A stretch of 40,946 nt of DNA, taken from the NCBI GenBank assembly GCA_003661965.1, contig QMXD01000003.1:1-40946 (forward strand), read 5' to 3'. The notes under the pieces were generated by a model. It was given only the letters and a program-made list of their open reading frames with translations, did no database searches and had not been told where the DNA came from. The translations under genes and the position numbers were made by a program. Of the stretch, positions 18,451 through 26,928 are shown one piece after another (within the stretch, counting starts at the first letter, position 1; every line of letters begins with the position of its first letter). The DNA comes from Candidatus Hecatellales archaeon (GTDB lineage: Archaea > Thermoproteota > Bathyarchaeia > Hecatellales > Hecatellaceae).

Positions 18451-18909
18451 TTGGATGAAAGCAGGATTATTTTAAAGGTTAGGGTTGGTGGATACGAGGT
18501 TCAGTTTGAGGGTTCACGTGAAAACGTTCTTAGGATGTTGGAGGAAGACCTTCCAAAAATAGTTGAAAGTCTCTCAAAGGTTAAACCTGAGACTGTTCAA
18601 CCCTCCACCGAGGTTGTTTCAAGCGAAAAACCTTTGTTGGAGGCTCAGATGGAGGAGTCTTATCCGTCTATTCAGGCTAAGAGTTGTGCTGAGGCTATTT
18701 TGGCTTTACTTTCAACTCCTTGGGGTAGGAAAAAGCCTAGAAGCCTTTCAGAGATTAAGGCTGCTTTGGAGGTTAATGCTTTACATTATTCTGGTAAGGT
18801 TATTGGGTTTACCCTTACAAGGCTTACAAAAAGACAAAAGGTTAGAAGATGGAAAACTGAGGCTGGATATGTTTACACGATAGCATCTCCACAACCACAA
18901 ACAGTATAG
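18451..18909 (+). CDS. Hypothetical protein, small N-terminal domain plus C-terminal winged helix (paralog 3)
   Basis: In-frame TTG 18451 just after the upstream stop (ORF track uses 18433); PRSLSEIKAALE...GFTLTRLTKRQKVRR...GYVY. Confidence 0.8.
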   Translation: MDESRIILKVRVGGYEVQFEGSRENVLRMLEEDLPKIVESLSKVKPETVQPSTEVVSSEKPLLEAQMEESYPSIQAKSCAEAILALLSTPWGRKKPRSLSEIKAALEVNALHYSGKVIGFTLTRLTKRQKVRRWKTEAGYVYTIASPQPQTV

Positions 18910-18910
18910 G

Positions 18911-19921
18911 TTGGAGGTTGAAAGAATGTTTAACCCATGGATGGATTTTTTCCCTGAAAACCTTGTAAACCTAAGCTTTGAATCCATCCATGGGCTTAAA
19001 GGTGAAAAGCTTGAGGTTGAAGGTTTAATAAGGTCTGAGGAAACTTTAAACCTTGAAGGGGAAACAGAAACCCTAAACCTAAAAACCTTTAAAAAAGAGG
19101 ATCTTGAAAAAAGAGTTTTTGAAATTTCCCCCCTAAACGATTATGTTACCGTTGTTGGTGTTGATATTTCCCTAAGAAAAATTGGGAATACAAAAAACGG
19201 TGTTGTTTGTGCTTTTAGGGGGACAGTTGTATGGAAGGATGAATATGCATACCATTACACAAGGTATGGACCACTCCTATACCATCTAACAGAAAACCAT
19301 GCAAAAACAGTTTTTGGTTTAAAGTTTGATGGTGGAAACCCAAACCATAACCTTGGAAAAATCCAGTTTTTTGTTGAAAAGGTGTTTCAAAAACATGTTC
19401 TTAGAAACCTTAAAAACTCTATAGTTTTGTTTGATGGATGTTTATCAACCCAAATGGTAAACGTTGAAACCTTAAACTTGGCTAGAAAAAACAATAATAG
19501 GGTTTTGGCTTTTGCTAAAAAAAGTAGGCTTTACTCTTGGAGTGAACCCCTAAAGGTTTTAAGGGAAAAGTTTTCACCATGTATTCTTTGTCTTAACGAC
19601 CTCCTATCTGAAAGCTTTAAGTCAACATGTCTTGGATGGGTTTTTCTAGCTAAACTTTCAAAAGAAAACTTTTTGTTTAGGCTTGATGTCGATAAAACTT
19701 TAGCCCTTGATGAGGCTGTTCAAACCGTTAGAAGACTTATAGGTAACGAACATTTCCACCACGGCTACCCTGAAACCCTAAGAATTGCACACTCCCTCTC
19801 CATCCTAACAAGGGTTGAAGTTATCGCCATCCAACGTTTTCTAACAGAAAAACTTGGAATCAAAATTTTGAGGCCTGAAAACCATAGAAGGATGCTTTTC
19901 GGTCCCTTTGGAGGATGGTAG
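18911..19921 (+). CDS. nurA: NurA-family 5'-3' nuclease
   Basis: GVDIS, LFDGCL, AFAKKS, GYPETLRIAH motifs; adjacent to herA-mre11-rad50. Confidence 0.82.
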   Translation: MEVERMFNPWMDFFPENLVNLSFESIHGLKGEKLEVEGLIRSEETLNLEGETETLNLKTFKKEDLEKRVFEISPLNDYVTVVGVDISLRKIGNTKNGVVCAFRGTVVWKDEYAYHYTRYGPLLYHLTENHAKTVFGLKFDGGNPNHNLGKIQFFVEKVFQKHVLRNLKNSIVLFDGCLSTQMVNVETLNLARKNNNRVLAFAKKSRLYSWSEPLKVLREKFSPCILCLNDLLSESFKSTCLGWVFLAKLSKENFLFRLDVDKTLALDEAVQTVRRLIGNEHFHHGYPETLRIAHSLSILTRVEVIAIQRFLTEKLGIKILRPENHRRMLFGPFGGW

Positions 19922-19925
19922 GTAG

Positions 19926-21371
19926 GTGAAGCTTTTTAAGAAAGAGGATGAAACAATCCAGATTCTTTGTTTTCCCGATGAGGATGTTAGGAAGGGAGAC
20001 TATCTTATGGTTGAAGATTTTAGAAGTGGGAGAAGTCTTCTTGTTCAAGTTATAGATATTAGGTTTGCAAACTTTCCAGGTTTAATGGAAGACCTTCTTA
20101 GGGACGAGTTAACAGAAAAAATTGTTTTTGGTGATGATTTTGACCCTTTAGGGCTTGAAACCCAGATAACCCTTTTAAGGGATGTTAGAATTCTTCTGGG
20201 GAAAATTAGATGTTCAATTGAGGATGGAAAATTAAACATGAATATTTCATGGTTGCCTTCAAGAACCCATTCAAGAGTTTATAAGGTTGATGCTTTAAGG
20301 CTTGTTGAACTTTTAAAGCTTGGCAAAAAAAGACCCCTAAAAATTGGTGAGATGAATGGGGGTTTAGAGTTAGCCATAGATGTTGATGGGTTGGATGGAG
20401 GCTTAACAATAATTACGGGTAGGAAGGGGACAGGAAAATCCCACCTATCAAAACTTTTAATTCTTGGCTTGGTTGAGTATGGGGCACCATGTGTTGTTTT
20501 TGATGTTAACGGTGAATATGTAAACCTTGGCTTAGATAAAAACGGTGAAAAAAACAAGTATTATGAGAGGATAGTTGTTTTAGAGCCTACAAAAAACTTT
20601 AAAATAACCCTAAACTACGCTGGAAAACATATTTTAGCAAACATTTTAACCTATACGCTTGGGCTACCTCAAACCTCCCTTAGAGAGTTTTTTAGGGTTT
20701 GGGATGAAACAATCCAAACAAACCATCTAACAATCAAAAAAATTGTTGAAAGGGTGAAGGTTTCAAACCTACATGAACATATTAAGGAGGCTTTACTTTC
20801 AAGACTTTACACCTTGGAACGTTCAGGATTTTTTACGGATGAGGAGTTTAAGCTTGTAAGGGTTGAGGATGTTTTAGGAAGGGTTTCTGGTGGGGGTGTT
20901 ATTGTTTTAAACCTTAGTAGGCTTCCAAACCTTGAAAGAAAAATTGTTGTTGAGTTTATGCTTGGAAAGCTTGTTGAACTTTTAAAAAGATGGTTTGTTA
21001 AAGCAATATTTCTTTTTGCTGAGGAGGCTCACCTATATTTAAGAGAAACCTATTGGGAGGATATAGTTACAAGGATGAGACATTTAGGCTTATTCACCTT
21101 TTTTATAACAAACCAGCCTGACTCCATCCATGAGGATATTTATAGGCAGGTTGACACATTTTTTCTTTTCAACTTTAAAAACGAAAACGATTTAAACACG
21201 ATTACAAAAGTTTCTAAGGTTGATAGTGAATCTATGAAGTCTATCACATATTCGCTTGAACCCTACCATTGTTTGGCTGTAGGTCAAGCTACAAAAGAAA
21301 TTCCTTTAATTATAAAGGTTAAAGAGTTGCCTGTTAAAACCATGGGGGAGACAAGAAAATTTTTTAGTTAG
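19926..21371 (+). CDS. herA: HerA-like ATPase/helicase (DUF87)
   Basis: ITGRKGTGKS, VFDVNGEY, FLFAEEAH, ITNQP; N-terminal HAS-barrel-like region; operon context. Confidence 0.88.
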   Translation: MKLFKKEDETIQILCFPDEDVRKGDYLMVEDFRSGRSLLVQVIDIRFANFPGLMEDLLRDELTEKIVFGDDFDPLGLETQITLLRDVRILLGKIRCSIEDGKLNMNISWLPSRTHSRVYKVDALRLVELLKLGKKRPLKIGEMNGGLELAIDVDGLDGGLTIITGRKGTGKSHLSKLLILGLVEYGAPCVVFDVNGEYVNLGLDKNGEKNKYYERIVVLEPTKNFKITLNYAGKHILANILTYTLGLPQTSLREFFRVWDETIQTNHLTIKKIVERVKVSNLHEHIKEALLSRLYTLERSGFFTDEEFKLVRVEDVLGRVSGGGVIVLNLSRLPNLERKIVVEFMLGKLVELLKRWFVKAIFLFAEEAHLYLRETYWEDIVTRMRHLGLFTFFITNQPDSIHEDIYRQVDTFFLFNFKNENDLNTITKVSKVDSESMKSITYSLEPYHCLAVGQATKEIPLIIKVKELPVKTMGETRKFFS

Positions 21372-21374
21372 GGT

Positions 21375-22592
21375 TTGGTGGAAGGGTTGAAGCCTTTTAG
21401 TTTTGTTCATATTGCTGACATCCATTTAGGCTATATGCAATATAATCTGGCTGAGAGAAGAGAGGATTTTGCAAAAGCTTTTATTGAGGCTGTTGATAAA
21501 ACCATCAAGCTTAAACCATCCTTTGTTCTTCTTGCAGGAGACATTTTTGACAGTCCAAGACCTTCAAACCAAACCTTAGCCACAGCAATCCGTGAGCTTA
21601 GAAGGCTTAGGGATTCTGGGATTAGGGTTTTTGCTGTTGACGGCTCCCACGACCTAGAACCAAACATCATGACAGGAACAATTCTTATCCCCCTCCATAA
21701 TGCAGGTTTAATAAGTTATCTGCCAAGACTTGAGGGTGGATGTTGGAGGGATGAAAACTGCTATATTTATGGGGTTCAAAGCTCAAGAAGCCTAAGGGAG
21801 GCTGACGAAAAAATTCCTGAGTATATGAGGAGGAATCCTCCAAAACCAAACCCAAACCTATTCAACATATTTGTTTTTCATGGAGCCTTAGATAACCCAA
21901 AATATGTTCCACCCTACCTAAAACCAGACCTTAGGATGGAGTATCTACCAGAAGGCTTCAACTATTATGCTGGGGGACATGTTCATGAGCCATCCATCCA
22001 AAAATTTAAGACGGGAGTTTTAGCCTATCCTGGATGTCTTGAAACAACAACCTATACTGAGGCAGAAATCCAAAAAGGCTTTTACTATGTTGAGGTTGAG
22101 TCTCCTGATTCTCCACCAAAAATTGAAAGAATAAAAATTGAGAATACTAGAAGGTTTGTTGTTGAGGAAAGGGATTTTTCAGGTTTAACCCCTGAAAAAA
22201 TAACCTTGGAAGCCTCAAACCAAATCCTAAAAATGGATGTTGAGGATGCTATCCTAGTTCTCCTGTTAAAGGGTGAACTTCCACCAGGTTTTAAGAAAAG
22301 CCAAATAGATATGCCAAGGATTAAGGCTTCAGCAAAAAAAGCCTTGTATACTGTTGTTTTAAACCAGATGGTTGAGTCTGAACAGCAAAAACTTCCACCA
22401 AAAATTAGGGAGACTAGGGAGCTTAAAACAGTAGCCTACGAGTATCTTCTAAAAATGTTTAGGGAGCAAAAATATCCTGAAGAATTTTGTTTAAGGATGG
22501 CTAAAACTGCCATAGACATTCTTGACCCATTACTTGGTGGGGATGAGGAAAAGGTTAAATCTATGTTGGAGGAGGCTGCCAAAAAACGATAA
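21375..22592 (+). CDS. mre11: Mre11 nuclease
   Basis: ADIHLG, AGDIFD, DGSHD, FHG, GGHVH, YPGCLE phosphoesterase motifs. Confidence 0.93.
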   Translation: MVEGLKPFSFVHIADIHLGYMQYNLAERREDFAKAFIEAVDKTIKLKPSFVLLAGDIFDSPRPSNQTLATAIRELRRLRDSGIRVFAVDGSHDLEPNIMTGTILIPLHNAGLISYLPRLEGGCWRDENCYIYGVQSSRSLREADEKIPEYMRRNPPKPNPNLFNIFVFHGALDNPKYVPPYLKPDLRMEYLPEGFNYYAGGHVHEPSIQKFKTGVLAYPGCLETTTYTEAEIQKGFYYVEVESPDSPPKIERIKIENTRRFVVEERDFSGLTPEKITLEASNQILKMDVEDAILVLLLKGELPPGFKKSQIDMPRIKASAKKALYTVVLNQMVESEQQKLPPKIRETRELKTVAYEYLLKMFREQKYPEEFCLRMAKTAIDILDPLLGGDEEKVKSMLEEAAKKR

Positions 22593-24652
22593 TTAAAAGG
22601 TTAACCCTCCAAAACATTAGGTCACATTTAAACTCTACTGTCGAGTTTAATGAGGGGTTTAACTGTGTTGTTGGAGGGGTTGGTGCAGGAAAAACATCAA
22701 TCTTGCTTGCTCTCCATTTTGCTCTTTTTGGTGAGCCTTTATACAGGTCTTACGAGTATCTTCTAAGGGAAGACAAGAATATTGGTCGTGTTATGCTTGA
22801 GTTTGAACATGCAGGTAGAGTTTATGGGTTGGTTAGGGTTCTTAGAAGAGAAAGAGGTAGAATAGTTCAAGACCCCTCAGAACTACGTTTAACAGAAAAC
22901 GGTAAGGTTTTAGCTTGGGGTAGGGTTGCAGCAGTCCAAGAGCAGCTAAAATCTATCATAGGTATAGATAAAAGAATGTTTGAGGAGTTTATATGGGTTC
23001 AACAGGAAAAGCTTAAAGAAATTTTGAATATGGCTCCACGTCAAAGACAGGAGATTCTTGATGAGCTTTTTGGTTTTTCAGCCTTTAAAAAAGCATGGGA
23101 AACCCTACACCTATACCAACGTGAATACGATAGGGAAAAAAACCTTCTAGAAAGAGACCCTGATGTTGTTGAGCTTAAAAACCTAAAACAACAGTATGAG
23201 GAGTTAATGTCAGACCTTATAAAACTTCAGGTTGATGTTGAAACCTTAGAGGTAGACCTTTCCGAGGTTACAAAAAAGCTTGGGAAGGCTGAGGAAACCC
23301 TTAAAAGTCTTGAAGCCTTAGAAAGGGAGACTGAAAAACTAAAAGAGGAAAAATCTTTGTTGGAGAGTAGGCTTAGCGAAACCCAAGCCTACATTAACAG
23401 TCTTAAAAGTCAACTGGAAAATAGAAGGTTGGAAGCTGAAGAATATAAAAAGACTTTAGAGAATCTTAAAAGGGAAAGGGGGGAGATTTTAAGCCAATTT
23501 TCAAAGAATAGTTTGGAGGAGTTATCTCAGACTGTTGAGGGTATAGAGTTTAAGGTTGGTAGGCTTAGGGATGAGGTTGCAAACCTTAAGGTTGAGGTTA
23601 GAAAGGCTGAAGAATCAATCCTTGTTGTTGAAGCTGAAAATGTTTGTCCAACCTGTCGAAGAGAGATAAGCCAATCTTTTAGGGAGGAGCTAAAAAACAG
23701 GTTAAACAAGGAAAACATAGAAAAACAACAAAAAATATCTAGGCTTGAGGCTGAGCTTGAAAATTTGGAGTTTGAACATAAGCTTATTCTTGAAGCTAAA
23801 ACAAGAATAGAGCTTTTAGAGTCTAAGATAGCTGAAACTGAGAAGCTTATCCAGATGAGAGAAAGGGATGTTGGTAGGCTGGTTGAAGAGCTAAACGAAA
23901 AAGAAAAACTTGAGTGGGAGCTAAAAACAGGATTGGATAAGGTTTCCAAAAAAATTTTTGAGTTTAAGGTTGAAGATGTTGAGAATGCAAGAAAAACACG
24001 TGAAGAACTACTTTTAAAACGTAACGAAATTTTAAACACAATAAAACATCAAAAAAGGCTTATTGAAGAAAAAAAATCTTATGTCGACTCTATTGAAAAA
24101 AGGATTAGGAATGCTGAGGAAAAGCTTAAAAGAAAAAGTTTGGTTGAGGATGTTTTAAAAATTATAGCTGGTCTTAGAGCATCCTACAAAGAGGTTGTTC
24201 CACTTTTAAGAGGCATGTATATTGAAGGGTTAAGAGAGGCTGTTCAATCTGTTATGGATAGCCTAACCCAAGGCTCAGGCAGAAACCTTTACGTTGAAAT
24301 AGACGATGAATACACACCAAGACTTATAGGTACTGCTGGTTTTAAGAGGGATGCAAACCTTATCTCAGGTGGAGAAAGAACATGGCTTGCCCTAGCCTAC
24401 AGGATAGGTTTAGGTCAACTTATAATGGAGGCTAAAACAGGTCAAAACCTTGAACTACTAATCCTTGACGAGCCTACAGAAGCCCTAGGAACAGAGGATA
24501 GAAGCATAGAAGTTTTAGCCACAGCAATCTCAAACCTAAAAATGGTTAGACAAATTTTAACAGTCACCCATTCCGAGGAGCTTGCAAAAGAAGCCTCAAC
24601 AAGAATTTTTGTTGTAAAAAAGAATGAGGTAAGCAATATAGAAAAAATGTAG
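22586..24652 (+). CDS. rad50: Rad50 SMC-like ATPase (688 aa), probable non-canonical ACG start (ORF track starts at 22703, after Walker A)
   Basis: In-frame ACG-ATA-ATT-AAA gives (M)IIKRLTLQNIRSH...GGVGAGKTS; WVQQ Q-loop, CPTC hook, ISGGER, LILDEPT, VTHS. Gene identity is secure; start position is inferred. Confidence 0.92.
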   Translation, partial: TIIKRLTLQNIRSHLNSTVEFNEGFNCVVGGVGAGKTSILLALHFALFGEPLYRSYEYLLREDKNIGRVMLEFEHAGRVYGLVRVLRRERGRIVQDPSELRLTENGKVLAWGRVAAVQEQLKSIIGIDKRMFEEFIWVQQEKLKEILNMAPRQRQEILDELFGFSAFKKAWETLHLYQREYDREKNLLERDPDVVELKNLKQQYEELMSDLIKLQVDVETLEVDLSEVTKKLGKAEETLKSLEALERETEKLKEEKSLLESRLSETQAYINSLKSQLENRRLEAEEYKKTLENLKRERGEILSQFSKNSLEELSQTVEGIEFKVGRLRDEVANLKVEVRKAEESILVVEAENVCPTCRREISQSFREELKNRLNKENIEKQQKISRLEAELENLEFEHKLILEAKTRIELLESKIAETEKLIQMRERDVGRLVEELNEKEKLEWELKTGLDKVSKKIFEFKVEDVENARKTREELLLKRNEILNTIKHQKRLIEEKKSYVDSIEKRIRNAEEKLKRKSLVEDVLKIIAGLRASYKEVVPLLRGMYIEGLREAVQSVMDSLTQGSGRNLYVEIDDEYTPRLIGTAGFKRDANLISGGERTWLALAYRIGLGQLIMEAKTGQNLELLILDEPTEALGTEDRSIEVLATAISNLKMVRQILTVTHSEELAKEASTRIFVVKKNEVSNIEKM

Positions 24653-24664
24653 TTTTCAAAGGGG

Positions 24665-24943
24665 CTACTCCTTTTTTTCTGCCTCCGTTTCTGCCGTCTC
24701 CTCCAAACCCGTCTCAGTCTCAGCCTCCGTTTCAACCGACGGTGGAGTTGGTGCTGGTGTTGTTATAAGCGTATAGCCAACCCAAACCACCACCACACAA
24801 ACAGCAGCAACAGCTATAAGAGCCACAACACTTACAGCTATCTGCCACGCCAAAGGACCAGCAAAAAACAAAGCCCAAACATATATCGCTATAACCACTA
24901 CCCCACCAGCAAACATTAAAGCACCCAAAACCTTGTCATTCAC
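24665..24943 (-). CDS. Small two-TM membrane protein with acidic tail, DPM2-like shape
   Basis: GTG 24943 with GGTGG 7 nt upstream (ORF track uses 24988); DKVLGALM..., two hydrophobic helices, WVGYTLITTPAP, E/T/A-rich tail. Confidence 0.75.
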   Translation of the reverse strand: MNDKVLGALMFAGGVVVIAIYVWALFFAGPLAWQIAVSVVALIAVAAVCVVVVWVGYTLITTPAPTPPSVETEAETETGLEETAETEAEKKE

Positions 24944-25054
24944 CCAGCATCCACCACCAAAACAAAAATTTTCACCAACAATAGACATAACCTACCAATA
25001 TAAAACATTAACTGTTAAAAAACCTTAAACAAAACCAGCATTTAAAACATGTAA

Positions 25055-25078
25055 TGCACTGCACTGCAGTGTCATGCA
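25055..25078. promoter_or_regulatory. Imperfect inverted repeat, candidate operator in the divergent intergenic region
   Basis: TGCA-CTG-CACTGCAGTG-TCA-TGCA, 18 of 24 positions self-complementary, perfect 10-bp core. Confidence 0.45.
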
Positions 25079-25197
25079 CACAAATAAAACCATAAGGTTT
25101 AAACCTCCGAAAAATTTAATTTAGACTTCTGCTTGATTTCTTGGGTAACTACCAAAATAAACAAGGTTCTGGTTTGAGGGTTTTACTGTTGGTCTTA

Positions 25198-26871
25198 ATG
25201 TCGGGAGCAAAAGCCCTAATCGAGTCTCTAAAAAGAGAGGGAGTTGAGGTTATTTTTGGTTTTCCTGGAGGAGCAATAATGCCTGTTTACGATGAACTAC
25301 TTGACTCTGGTATTAGACATATTCTTGTTAGACATGAGCAGGCTGCAGCCCATATGGCTGATGGGTATGCGAGGGTTACAGGTAGGGTTGGTGTTTGTAT
25401 GGCTACCTCAGGACCAGGTTCAACAAACCTTGTAACAGGTATAGCCACAGCCCACATGGACTCCTCCCCAATTGTTGCTTTTACAGGTCAGGTTGCAAGA
25501 CCTTTTATAGGGAAAGATGCCTTCCAAGAAATAGACATTATAGGGATTACAGCAAACATCGTAAAACATAATTATCAGGTTAGGGATACAAAAAAGATTC
25601 CAGCCATAGTTAAAGCAGCCTTCCACATAGCCTCAACAAGCCGAAAAGGTCCTGTGCTTGTAGATTTCCCAAGAGATGTTCAAACAGAAATTACAGAAAT
25701 AGAGTTTACAGACACACTCGACCTACCAAAAAAAGGACCATACGAAAACTTTTCAAGCAGCCAAGTTGAGGAGGCAGTTAAACTTTTGTTGGCTGCTGAA
25801 AAACCTATAATTTTGGCTGGTGGTGGAGTTATAAGTTCAAACGCATGCCAAGAACTTTTAGCCTTAGCAGAATATCTTAACGTTCCTGTGGCAACAACCC
25901 TTATGGCTAAGGGATGTATACCTGAAGACCATCCTTTAGCCTTGGGTATGATTGGTATGCATGGAACACCCTACGGTAACCGTGCATTAAGTGAAGCTGA
26001 CCTAATTTTTGCTGTTGGTTGTAGGTTTTCTGACAGGTCTATTAGTGGAGATATAAACTTTAACAGGCAAACAAGGATAATCCACGTTGATATTGATGCT
26101 TCCGAGATAAGTAAAAACGTTGATGTTACACTTGCACTTGTAGGTGATGCTAAAGAGGTTTTAAAGAAGGTTTTGGAGAAGGTAAAAGAAAAATCTGAGT
26201 TTAAAAAATCTTCTGAATGGTTTGAATATGTGGAAAAGCTAAAAAAAGATTATCCGTTACCAAGCTATAGTGAAACAGACAAGTTTATGAAACCACAAAA
26301 ACTGATGAAGATTCTAAGAGAAATTCTACCTAAAAATGCTATTGTAGCCACAGAGGTTGGTCAAAACCAGATGTGGGCTGCAATCTACCTTAAAACCTAT
26401 CTTCCAAGAACCTTTATAACCTCAGGTGGGCTTGGAACGATGGGTTTTGGTTTTCCAGCGGCTTTAGGTGCGAAGGTGGCTAAACCTGATGTTCCTGTTG
26501 TTAATATTGCTGGGGATGGAAGCTTTATTATGAATGAGCATGAGCTTGCAACATCTGTTGAGGAAAAAATCCCTGTAACAGTTATAGTTTTGGATAATAG
26601 GGTTCTTGGTATGGTTGCCCAATGGCAAAGAATAATCTATAAGAAAAGGTATTCTCAGGTTCATCTTGGAAATTCTCCTGACTTTGTTAAGCTTGCTGAG
26701 GCTTATGGGGCTATTGGTGTTAGGGTTCAATCCTACGAGGAGTTTGAGAAGGCTGTTAAACAAGCAATAAAAAGTGATGTAACAACAGTTATAGATGTTC
26801 TTATCCATCCCGAGGAGGATGTTGAACCGATTATTTTGCCTAAAGGTGTTCTTTCCCATAGTGTAGGTTAA
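25198..26871 (+). CDS. ilvB: Acetolactate synthase large (catalytic) subunit
   Basis: IFGFPGGAIM, RHEQAAAHMADGYAR, TSGPGSTN, GQNQMWAA, SGGLGTMGFG, GDGSFIMN; ATG 25198 preferred. Confidence 0.93.
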   Translation: MSGAKALIESLKREGVEVIFGFPGGAIMPVYDELLDSGIRHILVRHEQAAAHMADGYARVTGRVGVCMATSGPGSTNLVTGIATAHMDSSPIVAFTGQVARPFIGKDAFQEIDIIGITANIVKHNYQVRDTKKIPAIVKAAFHIASTSRKGPVLVDFPRDVQTEITEIEFTDTLDLPKKGPYENFSSSQVEEAVKLLLAAEKPIILAGGGVISSNACQELLALAEYLNVPVATTLMAKGCIPEDHPLALGMIGMHGTPYGNRALSEADLIFAVGCRFSDRSISGDINFNRQTRIIHVDIDASEISKNVDVTLALVGDAKEVLKKVLEKVKEKSEFKKSSEWFEYVEKLKKDYPLPSYSETDKFMKPQKLMKILREILPKNAIVATEVGQNQMWAAIYLKTYLPRTFITSGGLGTMGFGFPAALGAKVAKPDVPVVNIAGDGSFIMNEHELATSVEEKIPVTVIVLDNRVLGMVAQWQRIIYKKRYSQVHLGNSPDFVKLAEAYGAIGVRVQSYEEFEKAVKQAIKSDVTTVIDVLIHPEEDVEPIILPKGVLSHSVG

Positions 26872-26928
26872 ACAAAAACTTTACATCATCTAAAAATTTT
26901 ACTTTTACAGGTATTGGGAAAAATTTTG

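Noticed and set aside
24668-24735. GAAACGGAGGC-type repeats at the end of the DPM2-like gene as a DNA repeat element
   Set aside because: Explained by the low-complexity E/T/A protein tail
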